From the NCBI GenBank assembly GCA_964016885.1, contig OZ024741.1, forward strand, positions 236,468,001 to 236,532,000: 64,000 nucleotides of DNA. The letters are read 5' to 3'. The position numbers and the translations under genes were made by a program. The notes below the pieces were generated by a model. The model saw only the letters and a program-made list of their open reading frames with translations, was not told the origin of the DNA and did no database searches. Source of the stretch: Eledone cirrhosa (Eukaryota). Below are positions 37,936-51,299 of the stretch, piece by piece (the first letter of the stretch is position 1; each line of letters begins with the position of its first letter).

Positions 37936-40842
37936 CCCCCTGCACATCATCATAAACTGAAATCAAGGTACAAATTGTTGTCCTTAAATGCTTGTAGTCT
38001 ATGCAATAAGATACATCTTTTTGACTCTTACATCAAAAGTATGGATCCTGGCTTCATTACAGTCACGGAAACATGGACACATTCCTTACTCTGTGATGGG
38101 GTTTTCAACATAGCTGGCTACAACTTGTTTTTTAAAGGCCGCACTAATCATGGTGGTGGTGGTCTGATGGTTTACGTTCGTTCAAACTTTTCAGCAATTC
38201 CTTGTGTTGATTTGAACCAATCACAACAAGAAGTATTTTTCTGCGATATACATATGACCATGTCAACACTTCTACTTGGAGTTGTTTACCGCCCCACCAA
38301 ATTACCATCAGGACACACAACTTTGTGATATCCTTAGAGATGCTGCCAGGAAACAGCCACCTATGTTTTTATTGCAGGGGACTTCAATCACCCTGAGATT
38401 GATTGGTTGAGAAACCTTTCATTGGCAGCAAAGTGCAAATGATTGCCTTGAGCTAGTGCTGAACTCAAACTGGTCCCAAGTAGTCACCTCCCAACAAGAG
38501 GTGACAACACTTTGGATCTACTCTTTACCACTGCTCCTGAAACAGTTATTAATGTTACTACTGAGGAACCTTTATGTGACTCTGATCATGCTATGATCAT
38601 TGCCAATCTGTCTCTTATGGGCAGTAACAAAAATGACAACTATCTCCAAACCTCTTGTCTTGACTGGAATAAAACAGACTGGAACGCTTACTGCACCGAG
38701 TTACAATGCCCAAACTGGCTTGAATTTTACAACTCTGGAGATGCGAACACTATACTTCAGAACATCCTGAACTCAATATGGACAGCATGTGCAACATCAG
38801 TGTCATGTAAGCAGAAGAAACATCCTAAAAGTGCAATTTGGGAGACTACAGCAGTTCAACTTGCAAGGAAAGAACGTTGTAATCCTGAACGGGAATACAA
38901 ACTGCGTAAATCAGATATCAATAGAAAAAGGGAAATAAATCATCCAACCATCTCAAGCAGGTGATAAAAAAGCAGTGCTTAAATTTGAATAGCGCATAGC
39001 AATCAACCCTGACAGTAAGGAGTTCTGGAAATATATACATTTAAAGCAGACACCTCACTCTCCAGTTGGTCCTCTTTGCAATCCCCACACAAGCCAGATT
39101 AATGACGATCCCCCAAAATGTGCAGAACTCATTGCTGAATGCTATGCATACATTTTTACTGTTGAAAACCAACACGTACCATCTCCACCACCTCTGATAT
39201 CAAATACTATAGCAACTATGGAATTTACACCTGCAATGCTGCGACGTCACCTTAAGAATAAACACAACCATGCCTCTTCTGGTCTTGATGGTATTACGTA
39301 CCTGCTTCTCAAACATGGTGGGTACTTCCTTCTGCACCAGCTTTCACTCTTCTTTCAATTCTGTCTTAACAACGGTGTGGTGCTACTTCAGAGCAGTGGA
39401 AAACTGCCAGTTTCATTTCTCTGTTCAAAAAGGGTGACCGCACATCGCCTGTCAATTATCGTCCTGTCAGTCTTACTAGCTGCATTTCCAAACTGATGGA
39501 ATGCTGTGTCAGAGAAACACTCTGGAACTTCTGGAATTCTCACACTCTTATTCAGCCCTCACAATTAGGATTTATCCCTAACTCCAGCTGCTGTGATCAA
39601 CTTATCGAGTTTCTTGAAGACATCACCCGGATCACTGATGGTGGCTCATGGGTGGATGTTGTTTACCTTGACTTTGCTACAAGACTTATGGCAAAACTCT
39701 CTGCAATGGGTGTGAAGGATGGTCTTTTTAATTGGTTGAAGTCCTTCATTCTCAGTTGAAGAGAGGTAGTCACGGTTCTAGGACAGCATTCTTCATTGTA
39801 TGAGATGTCATCTGGTGTACCACAGGGATCTGTTCTTGGCCCCCTTTTGTTTGTGGCATATATTAATGACATAGATGCCAACTTACAGTACTGAAATATA
39901 CAGATGACATCAAGCTGTACCTTGAGATAAAAAGGACAGATCCTGAACACTATAGATCTTTCCTGCAATCAGACCTGGACACAATGCAGCAATGGATCAT
40001 GGACTGGCAACTCAAGCTGGCTGTGGACAAGTGTACCACCATGTAGTTTGGGAGGAAAAACCCAGCGTCCACATACTCCCTCCACAACACTAATATCAAG
40101 AAGTCTTCTTGTGAATGTGACCTGGGCATTACTATCAGTAGCAATTTGTGTTGAACAAAGCACATCTCTAAAATTGTCAAGAAGGCCGAGGGTCTCTTGG
40201 CATCACTCAGCAAGAGTTTTATCAGCCGCTCTCCAGTTAAAGCTGTATATAGCTATGGTGCGACCACACTTGAATTTGCATCACCAGTCTAGAACCCCTA
40301 TCTTGTTCAGAATTGACCTCTTGGAAACTGTTCAGAGACGTGCAACCAAGCGTATACCCTCCATCAGGCATCTACCATACTCTGAATGCCTTGCTTCCCT
40401 TGGTATGGATTCATTGAAGCTCCGACGTCTGGCAACTGACTTGGTAAACACCCACAAAATTATTAACCATTTTGCCAACACCTTTTTGTATTCCATATGT
40501 CTAACACACGTGGGCATGCCCACAAAGTCAGAAAACAGCAAAGCTCCCATGACTTTTGGGAACATTTTCTCACTCTCAGAGTTGCTGAAGCATGGAACAA
40601 ACTACCTGCATCAGTTGTTAGCTGCCGAGACACTGCATCATTTAAAACCTCCATGCTTCCTGAAATTCGCCGACACTACACCTGATATTCCCCCTCCATA
40701 CACACACACACACATGTATATCATGACTCATACACTGTTCACTTTCCTGACATTTGTACTTTATTCTATGTTCTATATATACACCTTCGATGCGTTGTAG
40801 TGCACCTGAGCACTGTACACAATAATTTCATTATTATATTAT
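37936..40842 (+). mobile_element. CR1/L2-type LINE ORF2 pseudogene (APE + RT) with 3' UTR
   Basis: SLNACSL..VTETW, GVVYRP, GDFNHP, LDLLFT, SDH; [39 protein letters not shown]; (ATT) tail; many stops. Confidence 0.92.
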
Positions 40843-40844
40843 AA

Positions 40845-41347
40845 GACCTATTGATTCCACATTTTGCTTTCAGATTTGGGATTTCTTCTCTAATTCTAGC
40901 ATAGATTCAGTTATGAGAACTATGTCACCAGCATATAGGAGTTCCCATGGGCAGCTGGTTTCATCCTCTTCTGTTATAGCCTGGATGGTGATAATTAACA
41001 GGAGAGGGCTAAGAAGAGTGTCCTGATGGACTCCTATGTGCACACTAAATTACCTACTTTAATAATTGTTAATTCTAATCTTGTTGACTGCTCCTCTGTA
41101 TATGGATTGTTCTGCACTCACAAGGCATTCATCTACCCCTAGTTTCCTAAATACCCACCAGATTATGGAATGGGGCCTCAGTCAAATGCTTTCTCCAGGT
41201 CATCAAATGTCAAGTTGAGGGGCTTATTTTTAGCTAGGTACTTGTCTCACAAAGAAGAAAGCATCAGTGGTATTTTTACCTGACACAAATCCAACCTGCA
41301 TCTCATCTTGGTTAATTCAGTCTCTAATCAACTGTGCGATAACTCGT
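40845..41347 (-). mobile_element. Decayed RTE fragment (RT), continuation of 37400-37935
   Basis: Colinear with 23330-23850 of the long RTE copy. Confidence 0.8.
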
Positions 41348-41377
41348 AAAATGGTAATGATGATGATATATATATAT

Positions 41378-42879
41378 CATCATCATCATCATTTAACGTC
41401 CATTTTCCATGCTTGCATGGGTTAGACAAGTTGCCCTGTTATGAGACAAGCCAGGTCTGATGAGCATGACTTGCTCATACAGGACTGGTTTTGGCCTGGT
41501 TTCTACAGCTGGATGCCCTTCCAAACATCAACCATATTTACATTGTGTACTGGGTGCTTTTTGTTGTGACACCTACATGACTACTGTATTGTGTGGGCTG
41601 AGCACTTTTTGTTGTGTTACTTACATGACCACCATACAGTGTAGGCTAGGCGCTTTTTCTTGTGTCGCCATCATGATCACTTTACAGTGACTTGGGTGGA
41701 GAGGGTTGGGGAAGTAAATCTTGGTGTGTGTGTGTGAGGGGCTTGGGTGTTCAGGCATGGGTGGAGTGTTAGGAAATGGGAGGTGGACATGGATGGGGAA
41801 GGTTGTTAGGGCGTGGTGGTGTATGGAAGTGGGAGGGGGAAGGTAGTGCATACTAGATGTATGCTTCAACCCGTACATATGGGAAGGCGAGTCTTCTGTA
41901 TAATTTCATAATGCCAGAAATCTTGATCCTGTGTCATCGCCTTTGAGAGGTGCAATTGTGCATGGTTAGCTTTTATCACCCTATCCCAAGTCTGTTGATG
42001 TCTTCCTACATGGTAGCTTCCATCAACCTTAAGCTCCATGCACCTTTTTATACAGCTGTCAATCTTCATATGCATCACATGTCCATACCAACGCAATCTC
42101 CTTTCCTGCACACTGCATCTGACTCCTCTTATACCGAGTTTCTCTCTCAGTTCATTTGTGCTTTGCTGTTCATGTATATTACTATCACACATCCATCAAA
42201 GCATGGAAACTTTATTTCTTTCCAATCTTCATAGGTTCTCTGCACCCAGTATCCAGGTCTCACTGCCATGCAACATTGCTGTTCATATACATGCATCATA
42301 CAATCTGCCCTTCATTTTGAGGAAAAAACCTTTTGTAGATAGCATCAGCAGTAGCTCCCTGAGCTTTCTCCATCCTGTTCTCATTCTAACTACAGTACTT
42401 TCAGAAATTATCAATTATTTCTACCAAGCCCTCTGGGCATTAAAAGGCATTAGTATCCTGTGAGCTGTTGCTACTTCTTGCAACTGTGCAATGACCACAT
42501 ATAAAACATGCGTTCTTTGCTACCCCACCTGAGATCCCACTACATTTTTTGTGTACCCATAGTTTGCAATTGGGGCATAGGATGGAGTTTCTACCTACTC
42601 CTTTCCTACACACTGAGCATGGCCATTTCCCAGAGGGCACCTGTGCCCTATTTTCCTTTCTACATACTAGAACTTTAGTTTTAGACAAGTTAACTTTAAG
42701 GTCTTTTGATTCTAGGCCATGCTTCCATGTTTGGAATTTCTTCTCTAGTTCAGTCATAGAGTCAGCTATGAGAGTTAGATCATCTGCGTATAGGAGTTCC
42801 CATGGGCTGCCAGTCTTAAATTCCTGTCATAGCCTGAAGGGCAATAATAAATAGGAGGGGACTAATAAGGACAGAGCCT
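41378..42879 (-). mobile_element. 5'-truncated RTE LINE
   Basis: (GAT)n tail at 41378; WYGHVM, GKWPCSVCRKGVGRNSILC..WVHKKC, LLYADDL. Confidence 0.9.
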
Positions 42880-43249
42880 TGACTTTTTTATCTATCTATT
42901 TATTTTCTATTTTTTCTTGTCTCTGTTTGCGCATGCGTTTGTGTGTGTGTTTTCTGTTTGGTGTGTATTCATGTCTGAGTCTGTGTGTGTTTGTATTCTA
43001 TCATTACTCACTAGTGTGTGCTTATGTGTGGTTGTTGTTATTGTACCTGAGTATATTTATTTATATTTATCTTAGGTCACTATTGTGTGTTTGTGTATGG
43101 TTGTTGTTGTTGTTATTCCATTCATTTTTTCTGTTCAACTTTGGTTTTCTTAGTTCTATTTCAGTTGCTGCCCTGATTTGTACTTGATGAGTCATTTCTA
43201 TGTTTAGATAATGTTTTAATTTCTATGTTGTCTATATTATCATCATGTC
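42880..43249 (-). mobile_element. Second Penelope-like 3' fragment
   Basis: Reverse complement of about 27066-27430, including EAATEIELRKPKLNRKNEW. Confidence 0.85.
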
Positions 43250-43750
43250 ATTTATGCATTACATAACCTCTGCATTCATTGCCCATGCTATGGTACCATG
43301 CAAGATCACACAGGCACCATGAAGCCAACTTTTTGTTTGTAGAGAGAAACCTTTTGTTTTGAAGAGGTAATAGCTCCCAAAACCTTTCCCAACCTATTCT
43401 TATGTTCCCTACCTATTCTTACTATGCTCACGGAGCACCCTCCTCTACTGTTAATTAGGTCAACTAGGTAGCCAAAGCTATCATCCACTTCAACGGATCC
43501 TTCCTAAGATTGGAAAAAGTTTATTGCACTTATGCCCTAACTACCAACTATTCCTGTACATCTGCTATATACAAGTCCACCTTTTCTGGTAGTCTGCCTG
43601 CCATTCCACTACACATTTTGTGTACTCGAGATTAACATTGTGTACATATTGGGCAAACCACTTCTTTGAAAGGACTGGCGTCCAGTTTCCTTCTCTATTT
43701 AATAAAACTTTATTTTTCCCACGTTTACTCTAAACCTTTCTGATTTTAAT
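43250..43750 (-). mobile_element. Old RTE fragment
   Basis: DSFGYLVDLINSRGGCSVSIV, similar to FRYLGDKISSGGGCSES. Confidence 0.65.
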
Positions 43751-43769
43751 TCATAAGACTTATTATTAG

Positions 43770-43978
43770 TTGGGGATTGGCAGAATTGTTAGTGTCGGAC
43801 AAAATGCTTTGCATTTCGTTATGACCCTTCATGTCCAGAGTTGAAACTCCACTGAGGTCATCTTTGTTTTTCAATCTTCTGGTATCAATAAAAAAAAGAA
43901 CCAGTCAAGTATTGGGAGCGATTTAATCGACTCCGCTCCGTAAATTGCCGGCCTTGTACCTAATTTAGAAATCACTAT
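43770..43978 (+). mobile_element. tRNA-derived SINE, older copy
   Basis: TGGCAGAATTGTTAG..GAGTTGAAACTCC..GGCCTTGTACCTAATTTAGAAA. Confidence 0.7.
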
Positions 43979-44787
43979 TTGTTCATGAACTCACGTTACT
44001 GTCCTGGGCGAAAGACACTCTGTTGCTTCCATCTGTTTCTACTCTTGGGTCCCAAATAATAAGGGGTGGGAATCGGTAATGTCATTTCTGTTGATTTAAA
44101 AAAAATAAAAACACAATTATTCGTTTAGTTTACATATTGAGTCCAACCCATCGTATTTATTTTATAATGTATGGGATTTCTAGTAATGTACTTTTTTGGT
44201 TATGTATGTTTTATAATGTATTAAAAAAAATAATTGTCGCCGGAATGCTACCACTTATAGCAAAATTTAATAAAAGTGTGTGTGTGTGTGGGGGGTTCTG
44301 AAACATTAATATGGGAGGGGGTGATTATTCGATACCCGAGAGTATGTTGTGTTATCTCATATGTATCTTTCCGACAGCTTGTTCAGGGCTTCACCTAACC
44401 TATGTTCAATATTATGCAATCCCATCCAGGAGGTAACCAAGGTGAAAATAGATGCTTTTGTTCGTTCGTCCAACATGTTTCGTTTTTTTTCGATGTGAAA
44501 CTGTGCTATTTTATATCTATATCTGTACATGTAAGTGTGTGTGTACTCGTGAGTTTTTTCACTTTATCCAGTGGTTCGACAAATAGAGATCGATAAAATA
44601 TGTACTTCGAGTCTATATGATCAACTAACTTTCCTGAATACGGCGCCTTAACATGACCTTCAGTAAAAGAAAAGCATTGAATAAAAAATATATAATACTA
44701 AATAAACAACAAAATTGCATTTTTTAAAATGTAAAATACTGATATATCTCAGAAGGCTGCATTAAGATCCTCAAAAACACCTAAATT

Positions 44788-44882
44788 AAATTGTTTCTAC
44801 TTTAGGCACAAGGCCAGCAATTACCCAGTGCATTACTGGTACTTTATTTTATCGACCCCGTAAGGATGAAAGGCAAAGTCAA
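44788..44882 (-). mobile_element. 5'-truncated SINE
   Basis: Reverse complement of the core and tail seen at 30530-30620. Confidence 0.85.
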
Positions 44883-44899
44883 AGTAATGCTATATAGAC

Positions 44900-45108
44900 A
44901 GTTGGGAGACGGGCTATGCAGCTCTAAACAACACCATAGACACCTTTTCGTTCCGAGGGAGGAAAGAATCCGGCTGGGAGAAGTGGGTATTATTTGCAGG
45001 AGGAAATATGAGATCAAGCGCCGGTCTGTCTAAGTGTCTCTACTGCTGTATATTTGTCTTCTCTGTTCAGTTTGCCGGAGAGAGAAAATAAGGACCGTTG
45101 GAAGTAAA
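44900..45108 (+). promoter_or_regulatory. Candidate promoter / non-coding first exon of ZNF-B
   Basis: Unique CpG-containing segment ending in donor-like AAG|GTAGGA; matching acceptor CTAAT..CCTTCACCTTTCAG|G at 51152. Confidence 0.35.
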
Positions 45109-46361
45109 GGTAGGATTTTAATTAATAATAATAATAAAAATCTAGGGCAATCAGAAAAGTTTAGGACTCAACTATAACTGTTGTGTAAGTGACACTGTTA
45201 CTTATAGGGTTTTTCTCCCTTCTAACTGTCTCTTGCTCTTTCCTATTTGCATATATATATATATATGTGTGTGTGTACATACACATAAATACGTATGTCT
45301 TTATGTGCATATATATATATATATATAATATATATATATATATAATATATATATAATATATATATATTATATATAATATATATATATACACAAGCACACA
45401 CACATATACATACATATATATATATATGTATGTGTGTGTATATACATATACATACGTGTAAGTGTTTTTTTCTATTGATTTCCCTCCATCACAGGAGAGT
45501 TCGTCTGAACAAACCAAGGTGATGGTGGAGACGAAAAGTGGTGTTTGTTTGGTACCCCCCTCCCAATTTCGCTCAAACAGACCGATGATCAAAGGTATTC
45601 TAACCATGAAAATCCCTTCGGTTTATCACAGTAGCTGTGTAATATAAGGAAGATTTGACTGCAGTTTCTAACAGGTTGAGTGACTACGTAGATGTTCTTT
45701 CATTGTGGAAAATGGTGGTAAAGGTGATGGTGATTTGCTGTGTTATTATAAAAGCAAAATGAGCTTTGTCAGACAGCGATCCGTTTTCGATTGTCGGTTG
45801 AAGCCACTTCACCTCACCTATGCTATTAAATACGTTGAGAATGGCATGAAGACTGAACAATCCATTTCCTCATCACTCCCTATGAATGTTATAATCATTA
45901 TTATTAAACCAATTGCCATAGAATAGTGAGAAGTGAACTCTGCCATTCGCGTCTGTGATTCAGTTGCCCTATGATCAAACGTGTTCCAGCCACCACCATT
46001 CCGTTTTTTTTTTATATCTGGGACTACATTTGTCAAAGTTTTCTTTATATATTTTTTAGACGGTATCATGTGTTTTGTGTAAAATTGACTGCTATTTCTA
46101 GCAGGCTCTCCCGTTGAACGTTACAACACCATTTATTCACAAGATATATGAAGCCTTGTATTTATAACAATGTATTTGAATAAAGAATTGAAAGTCAACA
46201 TTACGGTGAGCCCAGTCCGTGATTCAATCGGAATAATTTACGCGTGAGGTCCATAGATTTATTTATTCACAATGGCCCATACAATCTGAAAAGTTACTGG
46301 TAAAAACCATATCCAGTATTAACTACCATAAACAATTATCATTATAGTTAGGAATGAATGT

Positions 46362-46420
46362 AATAAAGTACCAGTAATGCACTGTGTATTTGCTGGCCTT
46401 GTGCCTAAAGTAGAAACAAT
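46362..46420 (+). mobile_element. SINE 3' tip with 21 bp target-site duplication
   Basis: ATTATAGTTAGGAATGAATGT at 46341-46361 and 46419-46439. Confidence 0.9.
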
Positions 46421-46840
46421 TATAGTTAGGAATGAATGTCACAATCTTCCTACCTCGCACGGACGAGCCAACCTCTATATAGTCGCTGGAACTGTTAGAA
46501 ATAACAGCCAAATTTGTTTCAAGCCACATCCTACCATTTTAAAAAATAATGCACAATGCTTAATAAAGATGGTGTGGTCACGGCTAGAATGCTTTTGATC
46601 ATGGGGTTAAAAAAACAACTGTAAAGTCTAGGCCTGAACGTCTCATCCACCACTACTACCAAAATCAACTTTACAGCATTCATGTAAAAAACAAAACAAA
46701 AACATTCGCACAGTTGTTAGATCGTTTCTCCATGAATCCTGCGGTGTTTATTTTTCAATGTCTGACTTGTGACTAACCGTTATAGTCAGTTGTAGTAAAT
46801 CAGTAATGATTATCGTGTCGGCGGCAAGAGATTTAGTAAC

Positions 46841-46990
46841 TATACTTTATGTGTGTGTGTATTATATATAACACACACAAAGTGTATGTGTATATATTTA
46901 TATATGTACACACACATACACTTTATGTGTGTGTTATATATATATATATAACACACACATAAAGTGTATGTGTGTATATATATATATATA
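46841..46990. repeat. Nested palindromes centred on (TA)n
   Basis: 46910-46975 is a perfect palindrome; an imperfect copy precedes it. Confidence 0.85.
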
Positions 46991-47889
46991 AAGAGAGAGA
47001 GATAGTGAGAGTGAGGGGTAGCTGAATGAGAAGAAAAAAATATACTTTTCAGCAGAGCGCTTTATCTGAGACTAACGAAGACCAGATTATATTAATATAT
47101 CAATTTTTAATGTGACTTCTCTGATCCAATTTGATTTTTCACTTCTTCCTCATTATAATTCTTTTAATAATGTTAGTATATTAATAAAGTAAGGTTTAAA
47201 AACATAATTTAATTGGCAATAAGTATGTCCTTGTCAGTCTTTATGATCCAAGTTAGTTTCGTAAAATCAATTACAACAATTTAAAAAATAAACCCCTTTG
47301 TCTGTATTTATTGTAAACATTTCGGTAATTTGATCATCTGGCTTTGTGTAAATCCGGAAGGTTGTTTTTCTAAAGATTATAAAACTTTTAAACACCGGAA
47401 AAGTTTTGAGCACATTTGACCGTTATATTTCCGTTATAAATACTTAATATTACTGGATATTGGTTTTAGCGTTTTCCCTCTTTTTTTGTGGCGTTGGAGT
47501 TTTGTTTTCGGAGATGTCTCAAAGTTAAAATATCACAGATGTTGTTGTTTAGTCAGCCCTCAATCCTGTAGACATATGATCAAAGGCATTCCCTCCATGA
47601 CCGACTCGTCTATTTTTTTTTTGTTTCAGAAATAGTGAATTATCCAACATGTTTTTTTTTAATCAGTGGGGTCTAAATTTAGCGAGAACTGGCTGCTGTT
47701 TCTAGCAGCTCCAGTGACCACGTAGAAGCAGATTCCTACGTTGGTGTTGGTACAAAGCCAAGGTAAATTTCGGTGAGTGATTAGTAAACAAATATATTAA
47801 GACTAGTTAAGACAAAACAAATTGTTCAGACTACACCCAAGTTAACTGATGTCAATAAACTTTTAAATAGTTTGTTGGTTGTGGTCAAG

Positions 47890-48215
47890 TTAACTACAGC
47901 AGTATGTTCACCACAGCTATTTTCATCGCAGTTGTGTATTTACCACAGCAGTGTTCACTACAGGTATGTGTCCATTACAGCTGTGTGCTCATTATAAATG
48001 TGTTAACCACAGTAATATGTTTATCATAGCCAGTGTGTTTACTTCAGCAGTGTTTGCTATAGCAGTGTATCCACCTGTTTATAGCTATAGTTTGTTCATC
48101 ACAGGTGTGTGTTTATGACAGCAGTATGTTTACATGTGTGTTCACCATAGCAGTATGTTTACTGCAGCAGTGTCTTTATTTCAATTGTGTTTTCATGACA
48201 GCAGTGTGATTACCA
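47890..48215. repeat. Degenerate ~18 bp repeat CACAGCAGTATGTGTTCA
   Basis: Direct reading. Confidence 0.7.
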
Positions 48216-48269
48216 GCCTCTAAAAAAGGATATTGTTGGCTGAGAGAATAAAAGTCATTAAAAAATGGT

Positions 48270-48810
48270 GAGATATTGTGTTGGAACAAATCCATCCAAC
48301 CCTGCAGCTCCTCCAAACTTTCAAGGATGCCACCATGCTAGCTCTCTCGTCTCCCTAACAGCAGCTGATACTTTGATACTTTTAATCAAAAGGAGCCCTA
48401 TCTTCTTTACAAAATCCTCCTTCCTTCAGTTCTTAATGGTGATGGTTCTGTAAGTGGGACTCCTGCAGATAAGGCTTCTACATTTGCTTCTTGGTTGGCA
48501 TCCTGCTCCACAGTGTACACACATATCAAGTATGAAAGTACCGCTGTTCACTTCAAACTAACGATGCTACCAATATTGATAATGTTGCTTCCATCACCCT
48601 CAGAACTAGCCTTATCCTCTCCAAATTCTTCAATTTCTTTTCCTCTTTATAGAGATATATTCCAGTTTTTGGAAAGATGCTACAACATGTCCCAATCTTA
48701 AGATGAGCAATTCCTCTGATCCAGTCAACTTTTGTCTTATTATATTCATTTCCAACATCCTAAAGTTAATGAAGATAGCAATTAATAATAACCTTCTCAA
48801 TACTTGAATC
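48270..48810 (+). mobile_element. Very old LINE RT remnant
   Basis: PILK..SDPVNFCLIIFISNILKLMK resembles the PxxK..NYRPIxLxS..K RT motif. Confidence 0.45.
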
Positions 48811-49962
48811 TCCCCACCCCTCTCTTTCTCCTTAGACCTTTCATTGCTATATTTCTAATGAAAGACACAGTGTGTAGAGTTCATATGATTTTGAAAATAA
48901 TCGAGTATTTGGAGGGATTTAGTAATATAACTAACATTCTCACTATTACAGTCGTGTTTGGAAAAGCATAACAAAGGTTCTTAAATAAAATCATGATGGA
49001 AGGTTTTTTGATAATTATAAACACTTTAAAACAAACAACTTTATATCATAGAATCAGAACTGGTTTCAGGCACTTTCCTATCAAAAGGGTGGAAATCTAT
49101 GAACACGGCTTTCATAAAGTTCTACCCTACTTTGTTGCTCACCAGTTGTGCCAAAACTATCCAACTATGCACTCTATCCACTTCTTGTTTCTTGGATTGA
49201 TGGCTTCATATCAGATTACATGTATAACTTTGTGTATACACATTAATTGTATCCCTATGTATAATCTTATCTTTGTATCCATACACTATATCCCATATGT
49301 ACATACACACACACTATAACCATATATATATATATATATATATGTTTCTTGGATTGATGGCTTCCTGTCAGATTGTATCATCACAGCATATCTGATGGAG
49401 CTCTCTCTCACCCATGCTCTATTAACCCTGACAAAACTAGGGTTTGATCTTATCTCCCGCTCTTTTCCTACTAAATATCAATAACCTACTTGGCATTATC
49501 ATTATCAACATCATTTTACATCTGCTTTCCATGCTGGTATAGATTGGACAGGTTGTTACGATCTGAGATTAGACAGCTGGGAGAAACCATATCTTGCTCA
49601 TACATTCTATGGTTGGATGCTCTTTCTAACACCAACCACTTTACAGTATGTGCTGAAATGGATCCCTGTTGGTTTTGAAATTGACATGCATGTGGCTGAG
49701 AGTTCCATAGACACAAGTACTTTTAGTGTAAGGGAGATTCAGTGTGACACAGTGTGTGACAAAGCTGGCCCTTTAAATTGTAGATAGAATCTATTTGACG
49801 GGTTTCCAAACAGTCTGTCTTCCCATTTTCACTCACAAGGCATGGGTCAACCCAAGGCAATAATAGATGACACTTGTCCAAGATGTCATACGGTGGGATT
49901 GAAACTGAGATCTGATGATTGTCAACTGAACTCCTTAGCCCTTCAACCATACTGTATCCACT

Positions 49963-50632
49963 TCATCATCATCATCATCACCGTTTAACATCTATCTTCC
50001 ATGCTAGCATGGGTTAGATGGGAATTGTCCCACTTGAGGCAAGATTGGTCAGGTGACCGTGTCTTGCTCTTATAGGACTGTATCTGGCAGGTTTTCTATG
50101 GCTGGATGCTCTTCCTAGCACCAACAACATTTACAGTGTGGACTGGGAACCTTTTTACCGTGTCTCCTAAACAACCACTTTACAGCTAGGACTGTATGCT
50201 TTTTATTGTGAACACCTACATGACCACTTTAGTGTGGACTGGATGTTCTGTGGTATCAACATAACTTTACAGAGAAAGGATGGAATATGGGTAGTGGGTT
50301 TGGGTGTATATTTGATTAAGAGGTGCCTACTGACCGTAGGTTTAACTTCGTACGTAAGCGAAGGCCGGTCTTCTGTATTATTGCATAGCGCCAAAGGTCT
50401 TGATCCAGTGACATTGTCTTAGAGAGGTGTAAGTGTGCAAGGTCAGATTTTATCATGTCATCCTAGGTTTTTCTGGGTCTACCTACTCCGTAGCTTCCAT
50501 CAATTTTGATCGCCTTGCACTTTTTTATGCAGCTGTCATCTTTCATGCACATCACATGACCATACCAATGTAATCTTCTCTTAAGTAAACTGCATCTGAT
50601 CCCTCTTATTCCTAATTTTTCACTTAGTTCAT
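49963..50632 (-). mobile_element. 5'-truncated RTE LINE
   Basis: Close match to 22079-22760 including the (GAT)n tail. Confidence 0.9.
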
Positions 50633-50754
50633 TTATATATATATATATATATATATATTTATTTACTTACTGACTATATCTCTGTAAATACACATTAACC
50701 GTATTCCTTATCTTTGTATTCATACACTATATCCCTATATAAACACACCTAGTA

Positions 50755-51020
50755 CATGTTGTAAAGTGGTTGGTGATAGGAATGGTGTCCGGCCATAAAA
50801 AGCTTGCCAAACAAGGGGTTGGGAGGACCCCTCAGTTTGTGACAAATGACATGACAACTTTTCTGCACTTGATTAAGAACCTGTCACCATACATAAGCAG
50901 GATGCAGACACCTTACCCTGTCTGGGAAGTCAGTAACACTACTTCAGTGGTGACTTGATCTATGTAGACCTGTCCAACCCTTGCTAGCAGGGAAAGCGGA
51001 CGTTAAATGATAATGATGAT
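50755..51020 (+). mobile_element. RTE-related tail element
   Basis: GTAAAGTGGTTGGTG..CCCTTGCTAGCAGGGAAAGCGGACGTTAAATGATAATGATGAT. Confidence 0.65.
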
Positions 51021-51299
51021 ATACATACACTATTCCTATATATACACACACTTTATCTCCATATATTCACTTCTGTGTCTTCTTCTATTTCCATATGTCT
51101 CCATCAGTACTGAATATAACTAACTAATGACAATGTCTCCTTCACCTTTCAGGTTGCCTGTAATTGAACCTACTGCACCCACGTACTGTACCCTCTGGGG
51201 ACACACAGAGACCCACGAGACATCAGTTGTTATTGCCATCCCCACTGTCTACATCAACCATAGCCTGCAGTAACACCAGAATTCTCTGTTACCACCAAT

